Assembly: GCA_045105515.1 (NCBI GenBank)
Contig: JBGCDR010000194.1
Coordinates: forward strand, 1-17,061
Origin: Oligoflexales bacterium
GTDB lineage: Bacteria; Bdellovibrionota_B; Oligoflexia; Oligoflexales; Bog-1112
Reading direction: 5' to 3'
Length of the DNA: 17,061 nt
A program made the translations under genes and the position numbers. The notes beneath the pieces are model-generated. The model was not told the DNA's origin. It saw nothing but the letters and a program-made list of their open reading frames with translations, and did no database searches. Shown piece after piece: positions 1-9,300 of the stretch. Positions within the stretch are counted from its first letter, which is position 1; the number at the start of each line of letters is the position of its first letter.

Positions 1-107
1 ATTGTTAGATTATGCTTGAATAGTCAAAAAAATACATCTCAAATATTTTTGACAACAAAAATTTTGTTAAAAAAATATGCTGAACCCATTTTAACGTACT
101 TCAAAAT

Positions 108-530
108 TTGGTTAAAAGCTTACTTGAATCAACCCTGATTGTAGCCAAAGGTTATACTAGAGACCATATAGACTTAAATAGGTGTTTAAATTGTCCAGTT
201 GCTGACCACAAGTTACTTAAATTTACCTTAATTGAGCTAAAGGATGCTAAGTTTTCACTTTACCGACTTAAGGACCATTTTGACCTATGGGAACTTAAAG
301 CAGCTAAATTTCACCTAGTGGATCTCAAAAAAGAGTGTAGGTATAATTTTAGAGATTATGTAAAAGCTGGCTCCACTCTCCAAGAACTCGCTGATGCTGG
401 TTTTACTGCTATTGAGTTTAAAAGAGTTAAATGTTCAGCAAGGACTCTTAAAAGACTTGGATTTTCGGCCCGAGATCTGAAATATGCGGGATATACTTTT
501 TGCGAAAGAAGGGGCTGTTCCTTTAACTAA
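108..530 (+). CDS. Decapeptide-repeat protein (consensus AGF[S/T]xxELKx), possibly a truncated or pseudogenised remnant
   Basis: About ten imperfect 10-aa units (e.g. AKFSLYRLKD, AGSTLQELAD, AGFTAIEFKR, LGFSARDLKY). TTG start with no obvious RBS. In-frame stops upstream at 6-8, 21-23 and 81-83. Confidence 0.55.
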   Translation: MVKSLLESTLIVAKGYTRDHIDLNRCLNCPVADHKLLKFTLIELKDAKFSLYRLKDHFDLWELKAAKFHLVDLKKECRYNFRDYVKAGSTLQELADAGFTAIEFKRVKCSARTLKRLGFSARDLKYAGYTFCERRGCSFN

Positions 531-563
531 TTGATTTTTATGTATTCTTGCAGCAATGGCTAA

Positions 564-1565
564 TCAATAACTTTTCCATTGCTTTGTCTCGAAATCACTC
601 ACTAAAGCACCGTTATTTGACTTTTTTATTGCATTCATTACTAAGAAATTAAGTGCAGGGTGACTGGCAGTCAACTCTGGGTGTCCTTGAAATCCTATAT
701 AGTAGGGGTTCTGCGGATCCTCTAATACTTCTACCAAGTTTCCTTCCCACCCAGAAACTATAAGAGATTTCGGAAAATTATTTTTTAGCATAGCTATTTT
801 ATGAAAATGCCTGGTCATCGTATCATGTGGCCCCAACAATTGTGCTGCTTTGCTTCCTAGCAAGAGTTCTGACATTCTAGAATTGTGGCTCACATGACCC
901 TGAATTCCAGCTTTGAACCTGGCGCCATGTATAAATCCAAACATCATGGTACCATGACAAGAGCTTAGAATGGGTAAAGATAAGCCAGCCAGAGTTTCAA
1001 TTAATATTCCCTCATAGATTAGGCTATCAGGAAAAGGATTAAGCTGGTGGTGGGGAAATCGTTTATAAAATTCTCGAGCACTCATCCCATAGATGGTTTG
1101 CTCATCATGAATTTCTTTCAAGCCCTCGTAATTTAGAAGCTCAGTTAAGGGATCTTGATTAGCACGGAAGGGTGGGAAGTTATAGTCATCACCTGGGAAT
1201 ACTATGGCATTTACCTTCTTTAGATCTTCTCTAACTAGATTGGTGATCGAGGTGATTTTTTCTCTTCTGGTAAGTTTGTTAAACTTAAGTCTGCTTCTAA
1301 CAAATGCATTTAAAGGTACTGGTTTAACATGAATTAACTTGTTTCCGATAGAGATCAGTCTCTTCAGATTTTTGAAATAATCCTTTGTTTCTGGAGCAAT
1401 ATTTCCTTGAGATGATTGCTCTACCACAATACCAATGCGCACTGTGGCGTCAATATTTCTTAGATTCATTTGATTATTGGAATACTTGACCTGTGAAAAT
1501 AGGCAAGAACCAAAAGCCAAAAATAGTATTGGCAAATATCTAGTGTAGGCAATCATTAGAGACAC
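564..1565 (-). CDS. Class I glutamine amidotransferase-like / peptidase C26 (gamma-glutamyl hydrolase, PuuD-like) protein with signal peptide
   Basis: Nucleophile elbow LPILSSCHGT (cf. PILGICRG), GFQGHPE (cf. GVQWHPE) and AIVFPGDD strand. GAGGA RBS before the GTG start. Hydrophobic N-terminus. Confidence 0.75.
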   Translation of the reverse strand: MSLMIAYTRYLPILFLAFGSCLFSQVKYSNNQMNLRNIDATVRIGIVVEQSSQGNIAPETKDYFKNLKRLISIGNKLIHVKPVPLNAFVRSRLKFNKLTRREKITSITNLVREDLKKVNAIVFPGDDYNFPPFRANQDPLTELLNYEGLKEIHDEQTIYGMSAREFYKRFPHHQLNPFPDSLIYEGILIETLAGLSLPILSSCHGTMMFGFIHGARFKAGIQGHVSHNSRMSELLLGSKAAQLLGPHDTMTRHFHKIAMLKNNFPKSLIVSGWEGNLVEVLEDPQNPYYIGFQGHPELTASHPALNFLVMNAIKKSNNGALVSDFETKQWKSY

Positions 1566-1698
1566 GGTTTATCCTCTCGTACAATTTCACAGTATTTTGT
1601 AAACTCTGTTATTGTTGGGAAAAAAAAGACTCTTTTACCTCAAGGAAGTGAATTTTTTTGCTCCTTATAGACTGCGGTTTTTGAACAAGATAATGAGT

Positions 1699-2838
1699 TT
1701 AAAATTGAAAGTAATCTTCATAAGCGGGAAGAGAATCTTCTCCACCTGTATGTAAAAATACTACGGCATCTTTTTTGTTAAATTGTTTATTGCGTATCAA
1801 AGCAATTAATCCAGCCATTGCTTTTCCTGAATAAACTGGGTCGAGTAAGATACCTTCATGCTCAGCGACAAGTTTGATAGCCTCAATACACTCTTTGCTA
1901 GGCTCTCCATAACCGGTTCCTATAAAGTCTGAATTCACCATAATAAATTTGCGGTTTACAGTTGATGGAGAAAATTCGATTTTTTCGATAATTTTTTTTG
2001 TGAGTGCAAATACCTTTTCTTCTTGTAAGAAACGTTGTGTACGAGTACTTATTCCTAGCAATCCCATTTCACTCCCTAGGACTTGGAGGCCCACAGCTAG
2101 GCCTGCTTGGGTACCTGCACTCCCAGTAGCAGTGACTAAGTACCTGGCATTGACATTTAAGACGCTTAATTGCTCGACAATTTCTGCAGCTGCTTCAACA
2201 TAAGCAATGGCACCCAAAGGATTTGAAGCTCCACCTGGAATGATATATGGAACTCTATTCTGGGATTTTAGTTTTTGGGCTAGAAGCTCCATTTCTTTTT
2301 TTGTGTCAGTTCCTTTTTTAAAGTGATAGATCTGCGCACCAAATAATTTATCGAGGAATATATTTCCAGAGTTTAAATGCTTGGGATCATAGTTTTCTCG
2401 CCTATTTTCTAAGATCAAATGGCATTTTAGACCTAACCGAGCACACTGAGAAGCAGTCATACGGCTGTGGTTGCTTTGAGTTGCACCCGTTGTAATGATA
2501 TCAGTCGCACCGTTTTTTACGGCATCTGCTAAGACATAAGACAATTTTCGAAGCTTGTTTCCTCCACCCCCATGGCCAGTTAAGTTATCACTTTTTAGAT
2601 ATATTTTTGGACCAGATAAATGCTTAGATAGATTAGTTAGCGGAATCAAGGGAGTTGGTAAATTTGCTAAATGCAAATTGGGAAAATTTTTTAGTTTTTT
2701 GCTTAGAATTTCGAGTTTTTGTGGATCATAGAGCCTAACAGGGTTTCCTTCTGACTTGAATGATGATGGACTTAACGAGCTTGTAAAACCATAGTTAGCC
2801 ATAAAAAATAAAAAAAAGGCTAGTCGTGTTTTTTCCAT
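1699..2838 (-). CDS. dcyD: D-cysteine desulfhydrase (PLP-dependent, ACC deaminase/DcyD family) with N-terminal extension
   Basis: Motifs PTPL, GGNKLRKL (PLP lysine), GATQSNH, IPGGASNPLG, TGSAGTQAGL, LDPVYSGKAM and FLHTGG. Ser/Thr rather than Glu/Leu at the ACC-deaminase diagnostic positions. AGAGGA RBS. Confidence 0.9.
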   Translation of the reverse strand: MEKTRLAFFLFFMANYGFTSSLSPSSFKSEGNPVRLYDPQKLEILSKKLKNFPNLHLANLPTPLIPLTNLSKHLSGPKIYLKSDNLTGHGGGGNKLRKLSYVLADAVKNGATDIITTGATQSNHSRMTASQCARLGLKCHLILENRRENYDPKHLNSGNIFLDKLFGAQIYHFKKGTDTKKEMELLAQKLKSQNRVPYIIPGGASNPLGAIAYVEAAAEIVEQLSVLNVNARYLVTATGSAGTQAGLAVGLQVLGSEMGLLGISTRTQRFLQEEKVFALTKKIIEKIEFSPSTVNRKFIMVNSDFIGTGYGEPSKECIEAIKLVAEHEGILLDPVYSGKAMAGLIALIRNKQFNKKDAVVFLHTGGEDSLPAYEDYFQF

Positions 2839-3167
2839 ATTTCTTCCTCTGTTGAATTGTAGCTAGGATTTTTGATCAATCCGTGGATCTTAGGCAAGCG
2901 ATATTTTGCTAAGTTTTTGCTTATGTTCAAACTATGTATAGGAATTTATGGTTCACTAAGCTCTCTAAGGCAATTTTCATTTATAGGCTACTTCTATTCA
3001 GTAGGTACTCCATATGGAGACATGAGCTTGGGGTGGAGGATCAAGAAGCTGACAAGCCTGAAGAAAGTTCATATCACTTTATGAATTAATTCTCTTCATC
3101 ACGTCCTGAGCTGGAATATAAGATTTCTCGATTTCACTGGGAAATACGGTCTTAGGAGCTTGGTTAT

Positions 3168-3911
3168 TTATTGAATTAAAGAATCTTTGAACTTTTTGTT
3201 TAAAATTTTATACAGAGGATCGTATGGGACCATATGACCACCTTTAAATTTTTTAATTCTAACGTTTGCTTTTAGGCTTTTCATTTTTAAATAGTACTTG
3301 AGACCGGCATGATAAGTGGATTCGTACAGCCCTAGAACAAGGTCTAAACTTGCGCATTTAGCTAAAGAGATTTTTTTCCTAATATTACCGGCAGCGCCAA
3401 TTGATATAACACTTGCATTCTTTGGTAAGATACAATGGTGTACCAACTTGTTCAAAAAGTATCCGCCATTTGAGAAGCCCACAATAATCGGTTTACTATT
3501 TTTAGGGAAACAACCTGCACTCTTATTAGCGATTTCTTGATAAATAATTTTTAACTCATCTACCTGGTTGGAAACATTCCAGCATATTTTTCGTCCTTGC
3601 ATACAGTGGGAGTTTGAGCGGGGAAAAGCGAGGCGGAATCCCAAATTATTTGCTAGTTTTTTAAGAACTTTGTAGGCGCTGCTGTTGGCTGCATCTGGTT
3701 TTGCTGGCCTGTCAATCCCATGCAGAAAGATCATGGATTGACTGTTAGTACTTCCAAAGCATTCGACACTTTTCACATATTTTTTTTGAGAGAATCCTGG
3801 ACGGTTTATCAGAAATAAGCCAAGGCAAATTAATGCCCTACACCACCTAAGTAAACCTTTGGGATTAGTTATGGCGTGAATGCCTTGCTTTTGCTCTTTC
3901 AATTTCTTCAT
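3168..3911 (-). CDS. Alpha/beta-hydrolase (carboxylesterase/phospholipase-like), probably exported
   Basis: IFLHG oxyanion motif, GFSNGG nucleophile elbow and C-terminal FKGGH histidine. Hydrophobic segment near the N-terminus. Start uncertain (47-nt overlap with the upstream ORF). Confidence 0.75.
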   Translation of the reverse strand: MKKLKEQKQGIHAITNPKGLLRWCRALICLGLFLINRPGFSQKKYVKSVECFGSTNSQSMIFLHGIDRPAKPDAANSSAYKVLKKLANNLGFRLAFPRSNSHCMQGRKICWNVSNQVDELKIIYQEIANKSAGCFPKNSKPIIVGFSNGGYFLNKLVHHCILPKNASVISIGAAGNIRKKISLAKCASLDLVLGLYESTYHAGLKYYLKMKSLKANVRIKKFKGGHMVPYDPLYKILNKKFKDSLIQ

Positions 3912-4161
3912 TGATGCGGTTCAACCTTGCTCTTAGTTCTGGGGAATGTTTTAGTTGAAAGTGAATATTATCATATACTAATTTTGCATGCCCCATTGGG
4001 TCCACAAAAAATATTCCCAATTCCCTAAAGTGACTGACAACAACAGAGATAACTTCTTCCCGCTCCATATTCCAGCTGTCAGTAATCTTTGTTGTTTCTC
4101 TGTCGTCCATTACGATTGCTTTGACAAAGTCTTCAATAGAAATTCTTTGGAAATATTTCAC
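3865..4161 (-). CDS. Small hypothetical protein
   Basis: 98-aa ORF with strong GAGGAGG RBS before the GTG, a sigma28-like promoter upstream and the same strand as its neighbours. Confidence 0.65.
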   Translation of the reverse strand: MKYFQRISIEDFVKAIVMDDRETTKITDSWNMEREEVISVVVSHFRELGIFFVDPMGHAKLVYDNIHFQLKHSPELRARLNRINEEIERAKARHSRHN

Positions 4162-4194
4162 CCTGTAAAACCCCTCCTCTCAGGTCTTATTTAA

Positions 4195-4221
4195 ACTTCG
4201 GAATAAAGGAGTCCTGCTTTA
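4195..4221 (-). promoter_or_regulatory. Sigma28 (FliA)-like promoter
   Basis: Minus strand reads TAAA-N15-TCCGAAGT versus consensus TAAA-N15-GCCGATAA, upstream of the 4161 start. Confidence 0.6.
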
Positions 4222-4252
4222 TAGAATAGGAAAATATTTTTAAGCTCCATTT

Positions 4253-5008
4253 TTAATTAGTCTTTTTGCTAAAAAAATCTATCTTTTTATGTTCATTTTT
4301 TTGAATTTGTTTGATCAATCCATAAAAAGTTTTTTCTGGCCAATTCCTGCTTACCAGATTGACGACCCAATTGGGGATAATTCCTTGTGGGTCTACCAAA
4401 ACCAGGAAATCAAGGTCAGTTTTGTTCGGATCTGACTTGTTTTGCTCCATATAGGACTTTGATACGATGAGTTTGCCAAGTATTAGATCGTCAGAAAGGT
4501 AGGTAGAAAAATTTTCTTTGGCGTTTTTCACGGCGGAACCAATATTTTCTATAGATAATTTTTGTTTATCTATTGTGGTGTAGTCTTGACTAATGAAAGT
4601 ACGCCCTTTAATGAATAGTACTGGTTCGCCTATAAATTGATGAATATTAGAATAAAAACGCTTCTCAGGCTTATTGATATCCATGACTCTATCAATATGC
4701 TTCAGGTCTTCGCACATATCCATCCAATCTTTCTTTAAGGCAGCATTGCCAAACCATACCGAAGCAGCATCTGTGATTGGAAAATTTATTGTAGCTTTTA
4801 GGCGCATCGTGAATAAGCTGGATTCCTCATCAAATTGTTTTGTAGACTTGAAGTTCCCTAATTCGACTTTTTCTTCTGCTATTTCTGTCCATTCACCTTT
4901 CATGATTTTAGTGATTTCCTTTTCGAGTTCACGCCTTTTATCTTCTAAAGATTTAGCATTTGCTGTGTAAGCCCAAAGAGCAATAAGAATGCTAATAAAA
5001 TATTTCAT
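4253..5008 (-). CDS. START-domain (SRPBCC) lipid-binding protein with signal peptide
   Basis: C-terminal DPQGIIPNWVVN...WPEKTF is typical of bacterial START proteins, along with KKDWMDMC and a GRTF strand. ATG at 5008 (MKYFISILIALWAYTANA) has an AGAGGA RBS and is preferred over the track's 5071 start. Confidence 0.8.
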   Translation of the reverse strand: MKYFISILIALWAYTANAKSLEDKRRELEKEITKIMKGEWTEIAEEKVELGNFKSTKQFDEESSLFTMRLKATINFPITDAASVWFGNAALKKDWMDMCEDLKHIDRVMDINKPEKRFYSNIHQFIGEPVLFIKGRTFISQDYTTIDKQKLSIENIGSAVKNAKENFSTYLSDDLILGKLIVSKSYMEQNKSDPNKTDLDFLVLVDPQGIIPNWVVNLVSRNWPEKTFYGLIKQIQKNEHKKIDFFSKKTN

Positions 5009-5041
5009 GAGTCTTCCTCTAATTCTTGTTTCCTTCCGAAG

Positions 5042-5068
5042 ACTTCGGTATTCTACCAGAGGATTTAA
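5042..5068 (-). promoter_or_regulatory. Sigma28 (FliA)-like promoter
   Basis: Minus strand reads TTAA-N15-ACCGAAGT upstream of the 5008 ATG. Confidence 0.5.
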
Positions 5069-5109
5069 CAAAGTTTTTTATAATAATTTGATTTAATTAG
5101 GTATTTCAT

Positions 5110-6279
5110 TTACTTTTGTTTAAATATGAACCCTAAGCTTGAACTTTGATTTGATTGGCATTCAGTGTTTCGAGGCTTGTCTGAGGGTTTGCAACAACGT
5201 TCAATAGTAAGTTCATAATCCACAATGCTGGGATCAGGAGAAGCAACAAAAGAGAGTGGCTCGCCTTTTTTGAGTTGTTCTAGAATTTCAGTGCGATGAG
5301 ACTTACTGGGTACTCCTATTTCCGTTGTACTGTTGAAGGATGCCGCAACAGCTTCGCAAATTAAAGGTTCAGCAACTGTTACTTCAACAAATTCTCGACT
5401 AAATTCGTTTAAGATATTACGATCTAAAGGAAAATTAATAGCTTTGCCTGGTACCTTAGAATTAGAGGTAAAGTCCTCCATTTGTTTCTTGGGTGCTGGT
5501 GCATTTAGGCCATATTCTTTGAGAGGATCTAGGTCATTTGGAACTGAATAATAAAATCTTAATTTGGGTAAATCTCCTGCAAGCTCATTAATAGTTTTTG
5601 CTGTGATAGCCTGTGTTGTAAAATCATTACGGTTTTGCCCAGCATATGAAACTCCGTCGGAAGCATAAAGTATCACATCAACAGCATCTTTGCGTATTGG
5701 CTTTTGCCTCTTATAGTCTTTTAGCAATTCATAGGCAGTACTAATAGCCTGCATTCCTGCTTCTTGGTAGTCCTGGCCTCCTTCAGCTCTCCAGGAGTCC
5801 ATTGCTGATTTTATGCTTGGAGCATTAGTAAAAGGTGTGATCAGAAAGTCATTGATATAATCTCGAAACCCGATAGCTGCAAAATTTACATCCCAGCCCT
5901 TGTCCTCAAGGCTGTCAGCAAATTGAGTAATCCCAGATTTAACTGAATTAATGGTGGATTCCATGCTTGATGTTCTATCCAAAACAATCACAATATTTAA
6001 AACCTTGTTGGTGTTTTGTTGGGTTGTTTCTTCTACAAGTTTGTCACAGAATGGGAAAACTCTATACTCATATGAGCCGGCAGCAAGTGGCAATGGTATA
6101 TCCTTTTTTTGGTTTTTTTCAGCCTGACATGTGACCTCGTAAAGCCTCTTTTCTCCAGATTTTTTTACGATTCTATCATTAGGCGCAAATTTGGTTGGAA
6201 CGCATTGGCAAAGGATTAAAAAAAGAGCGCAAATTAAAAGATTTCGGAATAAGTTCATGGAATTCTCAAAGTTTGACAT
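5110..6279 (-). CDS. von Willebrand factor A (vWA) domain protein, putative lipoprotein/adhesin
   Basis: MIDAS-like IVIVLDRTSSM, FAAIGFRD, AEGGQDYQE and ILYASDG. Hydrophobic stretch ending in LCQC. Start is ATG 6279 or 6258, because GTG 6294 abuts the promoter -10 box. Confidence 0.8.
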   Translation of the reverse strand: MSNFENSMNLFRNLLICALFLILCQCVPTKFAPNDRIVKKSGEKRLYEVTCQAEKNQKKDIPLPLAAGSYEYRVFPFCDKLVEETTQQNTNKVLNIVIVLDRTSSMESTINSVKSGITQFADSLEDKGWDVNFAAIGFRDYINDFLITPFTNAPSIKSAMDSWRAEGGQDYQEAGMQAISTAYELLKDYKRQKPIRKDAVDVILYASDGVSYAGQNRNDFTTQAITAKTINELAGDLPKLRFYYSVPNDLDPLKEYGLNAPAPKKQMEDFTSNSKVPGKAINFPLDRNILNEFSREFVEVTVAEPLICEAVAASFNSTTEIGVPSKSHRTEILEQLKKGEPLSFVASPDPSIVDYELTIERCCKPSDKPRNTECQSNQSSSLGFIFKQK

Positions 6280-6294
6280 TTTTTCCTGCCCCAC

Positions 6295-6321
6295 TTATCG
6301 GAGATTAAATTCCAAACTTTA
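6295..6321 (-). promoter_or_regulatory. Sigma28 (FliA) promoter, near consensus
   Basis: Minus strand reads TAAAGTTT-N11-TCCGATAA, one mismatch from the extended consensus TAAAGTTT-N11-GCCGATAA. Confidence 0.8.
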
Positions 6322-6345
6322 AGTTTTCCAAGCCTAGACTAAAAA

Positions 6346-9300
6346 CTAAGAACAACCACCACCATTGAAATCGTTGGCACCTGTGCTACCTGCTGTTCCT
6401 GGATTAGAGGCATTGGAATAAGTGCTGCCTCCATTTACATCATAATTAAATGTGGTCGCGCAGTTTGGGGAGTTAACATAAATCATCCCACCCCCACCCC
6501 CCACCCCCACCAGCAGTGGCTTGAAGTGATGAGTCTCCACCATTTGCTTCAATATTCAAGGTCCCAAGACCGCTAATTGAGTCAGAATTTACGAATACAG
6601 TTCCACCAGCTCCACCTCCGGCTGCGTCGGTTCCACTTGATACTGTAGGTCCTGTTTGACCATTTGCTGTAACATTTAAGGTAGCTGAGCCTCCAGTGAT
6701 GGTACTTGCATAGATGATGATAATCCCTCCGCCTTTTCCTCCTGTTTGACTCTTACCATTTCCACCGCCTCCTCCAAAAAAGAGGTATGTTTCCGGGTCA
6801 CAGTCTCCACCACAGCTTTGGATGCTTGGGATTGAAGTTCCACCATTAGTCTTAGTATAACCATTACCCCCAGCTCCATGGCCGCCACCGCCGCCCCCAC
6901 CAGTAGAGTTCCAGTAAGCGCCCCCACCACCATTGCCAACATTGTCGTCCCCAGTACTAGACCCGCTTTGAATGTTACGGCCTACATACATGATGCTGCC
7001 ACTTGAGTGGCCTCCGGCAAAACCTGTTTCGGATACAGATATGTTTGCAGTGCCCACGGCAGTTAAAGTATCACTGACTTTAATTGCTAGAACTCCACCA
7101 CCACTGCTGGTCGAAGCATAGGGAAAGGCAGCAACGCTCAGGCTGATGCCGCTATTGATAGTTAGATTATCGAACTCTGGGACTCTGCTAAGAATTACAT
7201 GACAAAAAGTGGTTCCTGTTACCGAATCATCGTTGGGGGTAAAGCTAAGATTTTCATCGATACTTAGTTTATCATTTCCTGTGTCAATTGCCGTTACATC
7301 GGCAAATCCATAAGTTCCCCGGTCTGAGGTGCTGCAATCAGTGGGAGAAGTGCCGGTAGCGACTACAGTCCATATGACCTCATCCCCTACTGTGAAATCA
7401 GTGCTGGTAAAAGTGCTACCTAGGGTTAATTCAAGCGTGGAACCACTCCATGTTCCCTTGCCTATCACAGCCCGACTGGCAGCTAAAGTGCGCCCCAAGA
7501 GGGACGTGTCTTCGTTCGTAATCGAAGTAGTAATTGTTTTGTCTCCGTCGCTTCCCGAGCCATAAATTGGTTCTTGACTTGCTATGCTTGATGCGGACGC
7601 CGACCAAGTTGAGCTATTGCCGGAATCATCAACTGATTCTACGCACATATAATAGCTGCTACCGATTACTAATCCGATGATGGTTTTAGGAGAAGTGCTT
7701 GCGGTGGCGTCTCCAACGCAAGCTGTACTACAATCATTGCTTGTGCAAGCTTTTACATTAAAAGTTGAAAAATTATCATCGGTACCACCACTCCATGATG
7801 CACTGACTTCCTGGTTGTATGTGGTGCTTGCTGGGTTACTAACACTCACACTAGTGGGGTTTGTGGTATCTACCTTTACGCTCGAGCTGAAAGCAAGTGA
7901 GCCAGAAGTTCCTGGACTTGCCAATGTCAAACTTGCATTATTGGCTGCAGCATCGGCTATTGAACCACCATTTAGATCAAGTGAGGAGGTGCTGACATAG
8001 TCGAGGTCATCATTAGTGTCTCCTGATTGTACTGTATTAGAAAAAACTAAGATTGTTGAACCGCTACCTGAGCTGTATGTTGCATAGCGATCAGTAGCTC
8101 CAGTTTCCAGAAGTAAACGTGGAGTACCACCTACAGTAACAGCCTCAGTAAAGGTGACATTGATGCTCACTGTATCACTTACTTTTTTGTTACCATTGGT
8201 AGCACTGACATCGCTTATGCTTGGATCAGTGAGATCAATAGTAACAGCTCCGGAAGAAGCTGCAAAAGCAGAGAGGTTTCCTGCATGATCTTCGGATTGT
8301 ACGCAAGCATAGTAAGTGATTCCATCCTGAAGTCCAGCAATATTTGCTGGAGTGGAAGCTGTGGTGCTGGAGCCAACGCATGCAGATGAACAGCTGTTAT
8401 CAGTGCATGCTTTGATGTTGTGGGTTTTAAAATTAGTGTCACTGCCTGAATTAAAACTAATTACTATGGAAGCGCTGTTATGAGGGGAGCTATCGCTGAT
8501 ACTCACACTGCTTGGAGCAGCAGGAGTGCTAGTGTCTATTATGCTTGAAGCATCAGAAGCAACTAAGGGAGATACGTGTCCCAGGGAATCAACTCCCTGA
8601 ATGCAGGCATAATACCCTCCGTCGTTCAGGTTACTGATGGTTATAGGTCCTGAGACAGACTCAACAGCTGTTGTGCAGTTACTGCTGCATCCAGAATCAG
8701 AGCAAAATTTTACCAGGTGAGTGTCGAAGTGAGGGTCAGTGCTGGCTGTAAAGCTTACAGAAAGGCTGTTGGTGCTAATATAGGCGCCTTCTGCAAGGGA
8801 AACGTTCGTTGGCGCACTGGGAGAAGTCAAATCCACTAGAATTGAAGCGCTTGAGGAAACAAAACCCGAAAGATTCCCCTCAGAATCTTCAGTCTGCACA
8901 CAGGCGAAATAAGCAGTTCCATCCACCAAGCCTGTAAGTGAAGCCGGAGAATTAGTATGCTGGCTTAGACTAACACAAGAGCTTGAACATGCATCATCGG
9001 AACAAGCTTTGACGTTGTATAGATAGGAAGAATCTGTAGATTCAGTAAAAGTAAAACTTACATTTGCTAAGCTGCTTGCATGTGGACTTGGCTGGCTAAA
9101 TGCTACCTCGCTTGGACTGGGAAGCGAGGTTTGGTTAGCTGTAATTTCGTCAATTTGCTCACCATCATTTTCCTGATTGCTCTCATTGGGATCTTTTGTA
9201 TCAATGTTTTCTTCATCACGAATGTTCTTTTCAATCTCAGGATTTTCCAAATGTTCAGTTTTTGTTTTAATAGGGCTTGATGATTTAGCTTCCGCTTTCT

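Noticed and set aside
1..107. Stop-codon reassignment suggested by in-frame TAG/TGA upstream of the first ORF
   Set aside because: TGA, TAG and TAA all terminate other genes in the window normally (for example msrA and cheB end in TGA).
1699..2838. ACC deaminase (acdS)
   Set aside because: True AcdS has DPVYEGK and HLGG. This protein has DPVYSGK and HTGG, the DcyD-type residues.
2872..3153. 70-aa ORF 2872..3084 and a protein-like alternative frame (HELGVEDQEADKPEESS) or riboswitch upstream of dcyD
   Set aside because: No RBS, no recognisable motif, interrupted by stops and no identifiable riboswitch core. It may be a gene remnant but I cannot support that.
6487..6511. Functional G-quadruplex
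   Set aside because: The G-runs are fully explained by poly-Gly codons and there is no independent evidence.
6346..6552. Independent 68-aa gene
   Set aside because: Better explained as the frameshifted C-terminus of the large lipoprotein.
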